Origin: Nemertoderma westbladi
Taxonomy: Eukaryota > Animalia > Xenacoelomorpha
Length of the DNA stretch: 64,000 nucleotides
Assembly: GCA_032718475.1 (NCBI GenBank)
Contig: JAUCBJ010005359.1
Location: 1 to 64,000 of the forward strand
Reading direction: 5' to 3'
Shown here: piece after piece, positions 25,401-40,400 of the stretch
Layout: the number at the start of each line of letters is the position of its first letter
Position numbering within the stretch: the stretch's first letter is position 1
Made by a program: the position numbers and the translations under genes
The notes under the pieces: model-generated
The model's input: only the letters and a program-made list of their open reading frames with translations
The model's database searches: none
What the model was told of the DNA's origin: nothing

Positions 25401-28400
25401 TAATTATAAAACTAAAATGTTACATATCTTTCCTATAAAAACAGCCGTGGTAAGAAAGGCTGTACGAAATTTTGTAGTATTTGAGTGAAATGCAGGGTTG
25501 AGGGGGGCAAATTTTGCATAAGTCTGAGCCTAGAAAATAGATTTCTAAGGGTGCTTGTGAAATCGCGCTTTCAATAGAAACTTCTCAACGTTTTTTATTT
25601 AGACAACAAGACCTGGGATTCACAATTCACATCATGTATCAACAGGTGCTCATGAAAGATTGACAGTGGGGGCCTAGTAATGCTAGTCAATGGATATGAC
25701 CAAACTGCAACCAGCAAACTTCGCCCGCGAGCAATCTTCGCCCTCGTTTAACCTCGTTTATTGTTTTGGTTAGAAAAATTCGTCTCTAACCTATCGTGTC
25801 TTTAACCTGCCCCTTTCCCCCAATCGGGCGACGGTTGGACGCGGGCGAAGATTGCACCCAACCTCTCAATCTACACCCCAACCCAAAGGATTGATGACAG
25901 GCAGGTATTGACCGAGAATTTGTGTTTTAAAAGTAATAGATTGTAGGTGTGGAGGCGACCCAATTTGTAAGAAATATTAAAACTTACCTTATTGCCCGTG
26001 GACTGGGCAGGAGGGAGGATGGAATGTTCCCTACTGTACTTCTATGGGGAGTGGAGATCGAAGTGGCGCGGAGAAATGGGGAAGGAGAAGGGGAAGTTAA
26101 TTATGTTTAGATAAATTAAAAACACATCACTTATCGCAAATTACTTGCACTAATTAACAACTATAATGGAAAGGGGTAGGGGGATTCCAGATAATTTACT
26201 CTTATAGTAGAAAATAATTAATTTCCATGAAAGGACACTGACAGGACTTTGAAAATGTAGTTTTTACAGCAATTAATGTAATTAACTAATTAACTGCTTT
26301 TATATTAAATTTTCGAAGGCCACACGTAAATTGTACCTAGGAAAAATTTCTGCGTATTTCGGGACGACACTAAGTTAATTAGGGCCTAATTATTAATGTT
26401 TACAATGGTGAAGAAGCTTGTGTATTAGAAATCCATTTTATTCTTTAATTGTTACTTTTTCGTTCAAGTAGTATACCCTAAAATTGGGAGAAAAAAAGTA
26501 ACATACCATAGCATTGCATCAATTTTTACTTTTTTTTTATTGGCGAACAAAGTAAAATAAATATTTTATTCTTAGATTTAACCCATAGTAACACAAAAAA
26601 AGTAACCCATAGGGTTGCATTAATTTTCTTTTTTCCCGGCGAAAAAATTAAAATAAAATATTTTTGGTGGAGTTTCTTAAATTTTATTAGGCCTACATCT
26701 GCTGTGAGCGTCCACGTAGAAAAGGTTTGCACGTGCTGTAATTTGATCAAAATCCATTCAAACACTCAAAAGTTATTGCGACTTTAGTGTCTACGCGGCG
26801 TACTCCAAAACAGAACTTAATATCCTATATTGCTTTATGTTGTTAATCGGCTCTCTAGTTAGGTAATAAATATTCGAGAACTTTAAATTATTTAACATTG
26901 AGTATTTGAAATACTAAATAAACAAATACATTTAAAATAGGCCCTGATACACCACAGGAGCGGTATCGGCTAGCGGCCACTTTTTAAAAATAGAACATAA
27001 CGGGTGATGATACAGCATAAATGGCCGTTGTAGGTCGCCGCTTCAGCCCACTGCCCTTTTATAACTTGCTATATTTGTTGAGCGGCGAGCGTCGGCGGTC
27101 AGCGGTTTCTGTATTGTGTTCATCAATAAAATATTGGACCTGATCACATTTTTTACTCTGTACCAACAACTGCAGACTCGTTATAATTTTTATGCAACTA
27201 CGGTGTCACAAGGACCATGGCACTAGTGATAGTGTGTGTTTTTAGCAAAACATTATTTTTGAACTACCATTGCAAATAATGCAATGGTCGGGGTATCAGG
27301 CCCTGTGATTATATATGATCCTGGGTAAATATTAACTGTATACGTCATTGTTCATAAAATAGCACTTTATAGTGTTACGGCACGAGTGATTTTGTGAAAT
27401 AACAAAACGAGGGCCGTAAACGCTTTACAGTGCTAATTATGAACAATGGCGAAACTAATTTTATTTATTTGTGGGGAATTATTTATAGTTATGCACTTAA
27501 ACTTTCTAGAACAACTTATTAATGACGCGGTGACATATTGGATATACATAGTAAAATGTATGGCGTAGGGACATACTGAGAAATAATGTCGCACTGCGAT
27601 ATAAAGCTGGAAAATATGTTGCCCTGGCGATTTGGTAGTGCGAAATTAATTCCGTACAAATAAATCAAAAAATGTAGGCCTACTCCTTGGAATATATTTA
27701 GTTGCGAGTAATGCACGGACATGGGGGCCTTTTCCGTCATCACGATTCAATGTGTAGCAATGGCTGCTTTGGGTTACAACTCTCTGCCTGAATTTTGAAA
27801 CACAACTAGTTCAACACAGCGTCGATGTCAAGACTGATTTTGCCTTTAATAAATACAGTAGTTAAGATGACACAAAACAATTCGTCTTAAAAAAAATAGA
27901 GTAAAATTTAAAAGCTCCAAACATGTTGTGTTACAAATTTCCAACAATATTACAAATATTTATGGAAAAATATCAGAGTGGATGGGGGAGATGCCTCAGA
28001 ATCATCAGAAAATCGCACTTTACTGTAGGATGAGTACCGGTACTACAGTACTACTGAATTATATTCAATAGTGGGTTGGTGACTTAAAAAAATAGTTTTC
28101 TATAAACACGTTCATAAAATGTAAAAAGGTGTGCTGATTACGAATCTGAAAACCGTTTTTAATTTCATCGAATTCCGGCTGAGATTGAAGGGACACCAGC
28201 GCGGGAATATCTTAGTTTAAACGCTCTGAGTTACTGTTCCACTTTCTGTTCCACTGTGTCGCTAGCCGCTAGGCAATATTCACTAGCTAACAACAGCATA
28301 CAGTTTACTATTGTTTGATGCAGGCTAATTTTAGTTATAAAGATTAAGATATTTATATTATTAGTTTGACATGTAATGTTCATTGTTCAAGATTATTTTT

Positions 28401-31400
28401 ATTCGTTTGTAGCGGCACTGTAGGGGTTGTCCTACCTAGTATTATAGGCCTACAACGCCTACTGAATTTACGAATGTTATTAGGACTACAAGTTTTGGAC
28501 CTTATTCTTTCTGTAAAAATGTTTTAAACCATATCCACGGTATTTTTAAACCTGAAATTTCACATCGAATGTAAACGCTGCGCATTTATTTATGAAAAAT
28601 TGAATTTATGATTTCTTCTACTTGAGTTCATGCAATTGGGAACAAAGCAATAAGAACCAAAGAACGGTGAAGATTTCGCCATGTTTGTGTTGCTGTCAGT
28701 GTGCGAAACTGCAAACACAGTTGATTGATAAAGTTGGACCTTATATTTTCTTTAAATTTCCTATTTATTTTTACTATGTTTCAATATTATTAAATATATC
28801 CGCATTCATTGGTTGTGTGGGTTTAATATAACTAATATGTTGCTTTAAACAAACATAGGTATAGCTATCCATCACCATCGTGTTCTAGGACAGAATCGCT
28901 ATACACTGTGATATTATTATCATAAATGCGTTCAATTCTTATATGTGAAATTTCAGGTTTAAAAAAAACTGTGAAGATGGTTTATTAGCATTTTACAGAA
29001 AGAATAAGGTCCAAAACTTCTATGTAGCCCTAATAACATTCGTGAATACAGAAGGTCGATACACTAGGCAAGACAACCCGTCCTACAATGCCACTATAAA
29101 CGAATAAAAATAATCTTAAACAATGAACATTACATTGTTGTGTCAAACTAATTTAAAAATATCTTAATCTTTATAACTAAAATTAGCCTGCATCAAACAA
29201 TAGTAAACTGTATGCTGTTAGCTAGTGAACCTAGCGACACAGTGGAACAGAAAGTGGTACAGTAACTCAGAGCGTTTAAACTAAGATATTCCCACGCTGG
29301 TGATAGATAGATAGATTTATTTATACACTAGCAGGCAATACCCGAGGCATGTTACCTGGTATTTCCCGCTACTGGCATAGGCCTACTGGCGTACTGGTAC
29401 CGGTATAGGCCTACTGACATACCGGTACTTAGTACCGGTACCGAACGTGAATTAAACTTTTCGAAAAGTGGCCTATAACGACCGCTGGTTAAAGTTATAC
29501 ACACATGCCAAGTTCCAGCGCAATCCCTCTGCCCGTTTTGGTGGAGTTCGAACACAGAGAGAGAGAGATAATTTGATTTTTATAGGTATAGATTATGTAA
29601 AAACAATAACAAATACACCAAACAATGTAACCGGTATAAAAGGTATTGTCCAACATAACATATAGGATTACCCCTAAAGCTTTGCAGCTTATTTCCAAGG
29701 GGGTCCTTTATGTTACTTGGTTACAAATACAATATTACACTACGCTAACCTAAAACCAATATAAAACGTAATTACACTATGTACATGTACAACTTTACCG
29801 AGAGCGTGGCAATGTCCGACTCAACGATAAAGATGTAATGTACAGAACAATTTATTATAAAACGTAATTACAGTATAAATAGTAAATAAATTAATAAACT
29901 AATAACTTACTGTAGGACTATTGTACCTATTTTTACATTGCACACGGAGGTGAGATTTAACTGCAGATTTAAAAGAATGTTGATTATCTAGGTTTTTAAT
30001 TTCATTAGGCAGAGCGTTCCAATTTTTAATGCCGTTAAAAAAGAAAGTATCAGATTCAAAGGATTTACAATTCGGGAGGTAGAAGTTTGAAGCGCTAGCT
30101 CTGGTACTGTAAGAGTGTGTATCGCGTACTCTGTTGAATTTTTGTTTTAGGTAATTGGGACATTTACCATTATACACTGGTGCACATGGTTAAGGCGTAG
30201 CTCTACTATCTAAGTTAAGTAGTCCAGATTCAGAAAAGTCATCTGGAGTTAGGTGGTGCCTAGGTTTGTAGTCTTTAATAAATCGTACAACTTTATTCTG
30301 AGCTACTTGTAATTTACATTTAAGCTGTTTGGTTAAGCCTTCATACCAAGAAGAGCACGCATAGTCCATGTGACACTGTATTAAAGAAGAGCAAAGTAAC
30401 TTGCGGGAGTCGGTGTTTAAACTATTTTTATTTCTGTATAGAAACCTAAGCCTACTGTTAACTTTCGAGAAAATATTTTTCACTGTACTTTCTCCTGATA
30501 AGCAGTTATCCAATGTGGCGCCTAAATATTTAACTTCCTTTTTATTTTCAATCTTATGTCCATTACTAGTGACTTCAAATTTAGTTACCTTCTTTAACTT
30601 TCTTTTGGAACCAAACAAAATACTTTCAGTCTTACCGTAGTGAATGGATAGCTTATTATCAACCAACCACTCATTACAGGATTCTAGAACTGCACTTAAC
30701 TTTTGGGAAATATGGATAGGATCTTTATGAGAGAAAATAAGAGCACTGTCGTCGGCATATAAAATGAGTTTAAAATCGGGATCTATACTACTTATCATAT
30801 CATTTACATAGCATACAAAAAGCAGAGGACCTAATATACTACCTTGCGGTACACCACAGGTAATCTCTTGTACAGTAGACTGCGATTTGCTAATGACTAC
30901 AGTTTGACCTCTGTCTGACAGGTAGGACTTGAATTCAGTATAACCCCTTCAATTTCAGCCGAAACTCGATGAAATTAAAAACGGTTTTCAGATTCGTGAT
31001 CAGCACACTTTTTTACATTTTATGAACGTGTTTATAGAAAATTATATTTTTGAGTCACCAACCCTATTGGAACTAGTGAGATCTATAATCAATTTTCAAT
31101 ACTCTTTAATTAATTTACGTATATAATTAATTCTAGAACCATTACAAGTAAATTACATTTAATAAGTTACAAATTATGTAAATTACATAATATGGCCGCT
31201 CGCGGCTCCTCTGGTGTATCATGGCCTTATAGTCGAGTCAATCTAGCAAAAAACCCATAAGTATTTCGCAATCAATCCGAACCACACATTTTGGATTCTA
31301 TATTACCTTATTAATGACCAAAAAAAGTCTAAGATTGTATTTTGCGGATCATATGTTTATTCACGGAAATTCTGCGAAAATTTGCATAACACAAGCCAAA

Positions 31401-34400
31401 CAAAAGGAACAGTAAGGCAAAGTAAGTAGCAAATTGGTGATGTTCCAGAATAATTTAATGAATTTCACAATAAGCTGTGATTCAATGGGAAATTAGTAAT
31501 ATTTACATTGCATCAAATTTTTAAATATATCAAAAACTTCACGATATACACCATGTCCCGTAATATAGTGTCATTTTCGGATGAATATTGCTTGAAATTT
31601 GAAACACCAATAGTTCCACTCACCGTCGATGACCCTAGTTCCACTCACCGTCGATGACCCCATGAAGCCGGAATTTTCGATTTTGAAGCGTTTTTATAAG
31701 CGTTTTAAAAAAGTGTCTTTTGCGAAATAGTACCCTCCGTATCGTGGCCATTCTTCACATTAGTCGTAATTTCTTCATATCATTAAAAAGCAAAAGACAC
31801 TTTTTTAAAACGCTTATAAAAAAGAATTTAAAGGCAAAATCGAAAATTCCGGCTTCATGAGTGAAACTAGTGGTGTTTCAAATTTCAAGCAATATGATAA
31901 AGATTTGTAGAAAAATCTGGGGGGGGGGGGGGGGTCCGTGTCATCCGAAAATGACACTATATTACGGGACATGGTGTATTAAGGTAACCGTTGTAAAAAA
32001 ATTATACAATTCCACTGCAAGGAAATTTCATAATTTCCATTATGATAGTGAAGATTTTTCACATAATTAAATAATGATTGCTCTATTGATTTTAGGTGTA
32101 ATTTATTTATTTGTTTTAGTTTGAAAACCACAATAGTTTATCATATAACAAATACATTTTTTGGGGATACAGGTTTTTGAGGTCGATAATTCCGATGGGC
32201 GAGGTTACATCCACCCGTTTAGTAGAGAAGTTGTGTAAATAAGGTCCTTATATTGTACCAGCAAAATTGGTATTAAAAATGGTGAAATTATTAGACAAAT
32301 TTCCGTTGCTCTGGAAACTAAATTGGTAACCATATAGAAGTGCATACTTCTGTCAATCGATAGTCATTAGAGTAAAGTTTGTCTGCACGAAATTTGGAGA
32401 AATCCCACCAATAGACCCCTTGTTGCTATGTAAAATCCATGTTGCTAAGGAAAGAAACAGGAAATTGAAGGTGAATTGCGAATGAATTTGTTATGGGTTG
32501 ACCCCCTTTTTCGGCTAGATTGACTCGCCCATTAAGGAATTGTCTTTTTTTGTGTCTGCTCGGCGTACTCCAAAACGGAAGTCAATATCCAATATTGCAT
32601 TGGTTTAAGTAGTTAAGCGGCTCTCTAGTTACGTATTAAATATTCGAGAACACTAAATTATTTAAAATTGAGTAAGGCAGCATCAGGAGTTGAATAGTAC
32701 AGTAATTTAATGCAATGTAACTATGGGAGCAATATATTAAAATACTGTAGGCCTATAGTTCGATTTATTTTGTAACACTATATCGCTCTACTCTATCTTT
32801 TATTAAAGAATTGATCAACAAAATAGTACCAATTTAATAAGGTAACAGTTCCGTATAGAACTTCATTTTTATAACATAAATCATTGTTACCATGGCAACA
32901 GTGAAGAGTTCTAGAACAAAAAATATATAATATACACTATTCTAGAACAAAAATAAAATAAAAAAAATTATCTTTCTAGAAAATATAGCCAGTAATTTTT
33001 TAAATTTAAAATAGGTAGTAATAAAAAAAAATTTATTTATTTATATTATTATTTAAAAATTTATCTACCGGTACCAAATTGTATTATTTGTTAAATTTAC
33101 TAGCCATTTTAAAATTAAAAGAACTAGCTATATGTTTTAGAACATTATTATTTTTTATTTTATTTATGTAATATTATATGTATTATACACTATTCTAGAG
33201 CATAAATAATACAAATAATATAATGTTCTAGAACATATAGCTAGTTATTTTTCAAATTTAAAATAGCTAGTAATACAAAAAAATTATTTATTTCTACAGT
33301 ATTATTTATTTACTAGAAAATTTATCTACCAAATTTGATATTTTTTAAATTTACTAGGCTCTAGCTATTTTAAAATTAAAAAAAAACTAGCTATATGTTC
33401 TCGAACATAATATTTTTTATTTTATTTATGTTATAGAATAGTATATAATACTTTTCTATTGTTCTAGAACACTTCAATGTTGCCATAGTAACAATGACAT
33501 GAGTTCGTTATATCAACCAGAAGGCCCTATTTACTGTAGCATTTTAATGATTCTCGGGAAACACTATTCTCTTTTATAAAAACTAGCTAGTCCGATACAC
33601 TATGTTTCACTTTGTGCGTAGAAAACGTTCTGGGGCACTATAGTAGAAAATACTGTATAATATTGGCCATTTTTTATATTTGTATGTTTTGTTCACGATT
33701 CACGAATATTTTCGCTATTATATACCAACTTTCTAGAACTATGTTCCAGACCTCTTAAAAAGGTTACAGAAAAAATACTGGAACATTTTTATAAACCAGC
33801 AAACATGTTCTAGAACAACAATTTAAAAATAACCAAAAACTAACTAGTATATTAATTTTGAACTGTTTTAAAAAATGTAATTGAATTACTGTACAAAAAT
33901 TATAGTTAACGAACATACTACCTACAGTAGTATTAAAAATACCTTATATTATGTAATTTTCTATATTACAGTAGGTAGGCCTAACTGAAACAAGAAATTG
34001 CTTGCTACTGTATAATACACTCTGTTATTAATAGCAACCAATTATATATTTATTATAATAATAGTTTATCTCAATCATATAATTTCATTGTTATTTTATA
34101 CTACTATATATCTTTGTATTATTCAAGTATCATTCAAGCATTCATTATGACAAAAGCCGTGAAGAAAGGTGGTTCTCGAAAAAAGCGACCGGTGACTGCA
34201 TATATACTTTTTGCCAAAAACCTGTGGGACGACCTCAAGAGAACAGGCCAACAGTTATCCGTACCGGAATTCGGAAAATTCGCTGGTAAGAAATGGAGGA
34301 GTTTATCTGCCAGTCAGAAAAAACCATTCGTGGATAAGGCCGGGAGCTACAGAAAACGAAACCAGAAGCGTCGATGAATATCTCGAAATCTGTTCTCACA

Positions 34401-37400
34401 GTCTGTGCTCATTGGCTGTCGTCCTTAGTTACTTACTTACACCTACTGTACATCTCTGCAATAATTAGTTTTTCGTAATTATATAATGAAATATTTGATA
34501 TGAAAGCTCTTATTTTTTCATGATGCCGCGCTTATCAAATTTTATACCACACTTTAAAAGTGCGATACAGCATTCTAAAAATACTTCCTGGCTAGTTGGC
34601 CTACATTGATACTGGAGGCAATCTACTACATGAAGATAGGAAAATATAGAACACCTTTTATGATTGAGATAAATGCGTTTAAAGTTTTTGTTGTTACAAT
34701 TAAAATAAATGTTTATATTTTTCTTCTTACATTAAGAACTGGAGGGGAATTTGACTCAAATTGTGTTTACAATGCTCAATTAACTTTTTTACTTCAGTAT
34801 CATGTATTCTCTTTAGTATTAGTAATATTATTTTATCATAATTATTAACCAATGACCAACTCCTCGAAAGGCATAAAGAAGAAACAGCTTAAACAGCTTT
34901 ATAAATCAAAACAACACCCCCATTCATATTTATGCTAATGTAATTGCATTTTTATTAACATCTAAGGTACTGCATCCATTTTCATTACCCCAGGTGGAGT
35001 TGAATGCCTAAGGTTCCCGGTAGGATTACCACCCTGTCTCACTTCTGCACTATCTGTCCATTTCTACTATGACCGGCTCGCATATTTACAAACCTCATAC
35101 AGTCTCGACACTGGCAAGGCAATTCAATCTAAAGTAAGAACCATCAGAGACCAGAGATAATAAAAAACACTGGGGCTGAGACGGTGCAATGGAAGCAGAC
35201 TGGAAGCAATAAAAATTCACCCCTCTCCAGGGGAAATTCGACGCAAATAACAGCTGATTATTCTCAAAAATAAAACTGTAACATGTTCTATTGTGCTTAG
35301 TTTATTGTTTTGGTTAAAATAACATGCCACTGTAACCTGCTCCTTTACCTAAATTGAGAATTTAACATTGTGGCGGGATATTAATTCGCCAAGGCGGGAT
35401 TTGCGTCCAGTTTCCCCCCTGTCCCGGGTTTTCGGAATACAGCACTTCCAAACCCTATGCGATGTCGGCACTTCAATAAAGATAAATAAATTGGGATTGA
35501 GCTGTGAATGCAAATATAATTGGGGTGGAATAATAATAATAATTGGTGGGAATATAGCCCTGCCCTCGGCACATGTCATATATGTTATGAGGAGAGACAA
35601 TAGTGGTACTTTAAATGCTGTGATGTTTAATTAATGTTTTTTATCATAAAGTAGAAGCGATAGGCTTACTGATTCATCGAAGAACAATGACTATGGATGG
35701 AAATTATCGTTAGATATTACAGTAATTAAAACATTTCCATTAATTACGGTAGTAAACCTTGCCTAATGCGATTCATATATCCATAATGATGTTTATAATA
35801 ATTCAAATATTATATTATAATATCTATTCTTCACTTCCAACGGCGCACCGATTTATGCTTTAGTGTAAATGTTCTGGCGAAATTCCTGATTTTGATTATA
35901 TCATACGATTTTAACAATGACCCTGTCGCCAAATGTCAAAAATGCAGGCTATGATTTACTGATAAAATTAGTCGATTAACTATTTTAATAAGTGCCGACA
36001 TCGCCTGGGGTTTGTAAGTGGTATATTCCCAAATCCAATACTGTCTCAGCACTGAGTACCTTATTACAACCGTTTTTTTTACCGCACTCGTTACGAGTAG
36101 TTGAATGTCGAATTTGGGTTACAGGGAGATCGAAATGCTTTTTGATTTAGAAGTTCGTATTTATTTAGGAGTTCGTACACTTCGTATTAATTTAGAAGTT
36201 CGTATGCCGTATTGAGTAATTCTTCGAGAAGTTCTTATTTCAAGTTGAGTTACATTGCCTGATGGCCAGTGCCGATACTGTATGGGGTTTGTAAATATGC
36301 GACCGGCTCACCTTCAGCTAACTGTACCTACTCAACCCCATATTACTTTTTTCCTCTTTTATATATATTTTATACTTGCTAGACTAGGAATTTTTAAAGG
36401 GCTGTAGTACCAAGATGTAAACAATAAACTCCATATATTGTATATACCATAAGACTGTAAGGAAGAGGAGAAAATTATACTGTTATATATCTAATGGAAC
36501 TATAAAAAATATTCGAGTTTCGTACCTTAGTTTAAACTTTCTATTGTGATTGTGACCATCACCTGCTACCAAGGACAGCTCTACCTACTACTCTAGTAGT
36601 AGAGCTGTCCTTGCCTGCTGCTACCGGTAGCACATATTGTTGTCCGCTGTTCACATTATCTCACCTTGAGGCTTGAGCTAAATGCTTCCCGGTGTCACAA
36701 GGAAATCAGCCCCCCCTAGAATATGCCCCCCGGGGCATTATTTTCTAGGATATTATGTCCCCCCGGGCAATTTTTCCTAGGAAATTTAGCCCGGGGGGGC
36801 ATTTTCTCCTTAGGAAATAATGCCTCCCCACAGGAAAATTAGCCCCCCTCAAAAGTCTGATAACTGGTACGATACCGGTCTGCTGGTAGCCACTTTTAAT
36901 CTACCAACTGCAGAACTTGTAATAGTTGGAAGAATAGTACGGTACCGGTCTGCCGGTAGCGCGGTAGGTAAGCAGGTAAGGCAGTAAGGGATGTAGAACA
37001 GCATCGTGAAGTATCTAAGTCAGTAGGCTACTGTAGTAAGTACTGGTATAACAGCAGTGCGAGTGTGTGGTGTTGTGTGGGCGCCGAGCAGCTCCAAGCT
37101 TTTTTAAGTCTGTAACCTGCTCCTTTCCCTGATTTGGTAAAGTGATTTGTTTATTGTTTTGGTTAGAAAATCCCGCCTCTGTAACCTGCTCCTTTCTCTC
37201 AATTGGTAATGTTATCATTTATTGTTTTGGTTAGAAAATCCCGTCTCTGTAACCTGCTCCTTTCCCTGATTTGCTAAAGTGACTGTTTATTGTTTTGGTT
37301 AGAAAATCCCGCCTCTGTAACCTGCTCCTTTCCCTCAATTAGTTAAATGATCGTTTATTGTTTTGGTTAGAAAGGCCTGCCTCTGTAACCTGCTCCTTTC

Positions 37401-40400
37401 CTTCATTTGGTAAAGTGACAGTTTATTGTTTTGTATAATTTTTGTAAGTTTTAGTAGTAATAAGTTTTGTTTATTGTATAATTCAGGGGGGGCATAATTT
37501 CCTAAGGGGGGCATTTTTTCCTAGGGAAATTTGCCCGGGGGGGCATTTTTTCCTAGGAAAATATGCCCCCCCGGGCACATTTCCCGGGGGGGCATATTTT
37601 CCTATTACACCGGTATTGATAGAGGCTACTGCACGCACAACAGAAGAACAGTACGGTACACGGTAGGCTATGTACAGATGTTTACGTATATGATATCAGG
37701 ATATACGATATTCAGATATATACTGGTCCTTGCAGCCTTGATACTGGTATGATATATGGATACGGTACTTTAGCTGTATGTATAATGGTATAGGCACAGT
37801 ATAATAATAATACAGAACACCAGAACAGTATACAGGTATAATTTGAGGTTGAGGATTCGGTATTGTAATTCTATTAGAGACGTTTCGGTTACGGTAATGT
37901 AAAAGAGTTCGCCCTACCCTAGTATTTTAAATATGGCGTAGCAGTGTAGGGGGGATAGGCAGATAGGGTTATGCAAGTCGGTAAGGCACTTTGGAGTTTG
38001 TTTCCAATGGTTGAAAAGTGTTCGTTGAATATTTTTGTAATTTTAGTTGGTTTGATACAATTTGCAATTTGTGCGGATTTATTCGTTTTTATAATAAGTT
38101 TGTATAATAATAATTTAATATTGAGAATATTAATATTGATTTAATTTATCAGTTTATTTGTTTATACTGCAGCAGACCTACACTATTAAAATATTAAAAG
38201 GCCGCCGTAGCGAGCAAAGAAATTTTGCAGAAATATTAAGATAAGATTAATACAGTATTAGTCAAATAACTGGTCAACCGACTGTTTTTAAATACAGATG
38301 TGATTAAAATGCGAGCGCAGCGAGCAACAAAATTGTAACATTTATAGTAGGCCAACCAACTGTTTTTAAATACAGAATGTGATTATGGATTAAATTGAGA
38401 GCGTAGCGCAGTAGCGAGCATGAGAATGTGGTTTTATATCTGTATATTGGTTTGAACAATTGAAATAACTCATGTAGGTTAATAAACAGATACAGTAGCC
38501 TAATACAGTAATAGGGATATTGAAATGCATAGGTGTACTATCAGACCAGAGTTCCCCAAAAGCACTTAGGCATTTATGCGGTTACAAAAGATTTCCTCTA
38601 GCTGCCAGGCCTTAATGCGATAACCCCCAGGTCAGCAGTTGGGAAAACCTTTTGCATAGTTCTGAAGTTCACGCGTATGTTTCTGTTTTTTCATAATATT
38701 ATTTTTATGTACGGTATTTCTATTTATATAAATATAAATACAGAAATAGGCCTAAAGCTAACTACAGATACATACAATTAGCTTACCACTGACACGATAA
38801 TTGTAAGATTATGGCGATAGATTTCAACTTGCGGAACTTGTTTCACGATTTCAACCACAGTAAGTTCACCGTTTACTCCTGCCTTCTACTCTTCACAATA
38901 ATCCTCGGATTTCGGCTGGACAGCGACATCCAACTATCATTCTGGATGGTCTTCCTGCCGCTGTGGTTATGGAAACTCTTGGCCCTGATTGGCGGGATTG
39001 TCGGCACTGTTATATGGGTCCGAAACCCCTCGCTAAGGGACTCCGCAACAGACTTTAATGCGATGATATACAGCGTTATAGTCCACTGTTTCCTATTCGC
39101 ATTCGAGATACTTATCTGCCAGAAACTGCAGTCCCCCGACTCTATGCTGTGGGTGACCGCTTTCATCCCTATAGTAACTATATCGCTCCTATGCATAATC
39201 ATCTGCGTCTGGGGGTTCCGTCACGACAGATCGATAGACCTGGAACTCATACTAGCTGTAAACTCTGTCGAGTTGGTCTTTATCGGTCTGAAACTCGACG
39301 GAATAATCCGATGGGTTTGGTCGGTTATATTTATCCCCCTGTGGGTGGTGATGTGTGTCCTCAGTATCGTGGTCATCTACTACATTATTTGGTCGGCCTT
39401 GTTTATCCGGACCGCGGACCTGGTATCCCAGCAACGCCGTAGTTACATGGTCTTAGCGGTCACTGCGTTGGCTCTCCTCGTGCCAATGCTCGCCTTCGAG
39501 ATACTATTAGTCCGTCGACTCGAAGGTATCAACAATCTATCCTATCTGATTATATTCTTCCCGCTATATTTGGCGCTTACCACGCTTATTATAACGTCTT
39601 TCGGGCAGCGTGGCGGAAACCCTTGGTGGTTCGGAATCCGGCAGGATTTCTGCGCGTTTCTCCTCGATCTGTGCCCGTGTCTGCGAGAGTACGGCAATGT
39701 GTCGTATAAGACGGGAGTGGGACGGGGCTCTTCTGCGGAGGATGGCGTAGGGGTTGCGTTGCAGCGATCAGCCGCGGCCCCGCAGCAATCAACCGCGCGG
39801 CAATCTCGCGGCAGTGGCAGCACTCGAACTATATCCCCGCCGTTGGCTATCGATTCACCGGATTAGTTGTAAATGTCAACTATTTGAAATTTGCAATCTG
39901 TATATATTTATCACTAATAAAGAACCGGTTTTTACTTACAGTTAGTATAACCCAGAACACAACTATATAGGGCCAATCGGCTGCTCGGATACTTACAGAA
40001 TCGTGTGGCACCGATTTTTCATCGATTGTAAAATAGTGTTTAGGATCGTAAACCGTGATAATCTCCAACTTACTTAGATGTATTTTATTTATTTATTGTA
40101 TTTTTAATAACAATTTTCCAGCGACAACCTCCTAAACCTTTAAATAGTGTCTAAATAGTTTAAATAAGGTCACAGGATTGCTGGTTCGAACCCTAAAGTG
40201 ACCTGTAATGACTGGACTGGTAGGTAACCAACCCATAACTGCTAACCCTTAAACTAAACTATTCCGTAGCTAACTGGTTGCTACGGAAGCTCAGAGCGGC
40301 GATGTCTTGTTTAGTATTAAATCCTTTAAAAAATGTCTGAGATTATAAACGACATGCGGACCGTTATGTGACACGCCTAACGAATAGTGTAGCAGTAGGT

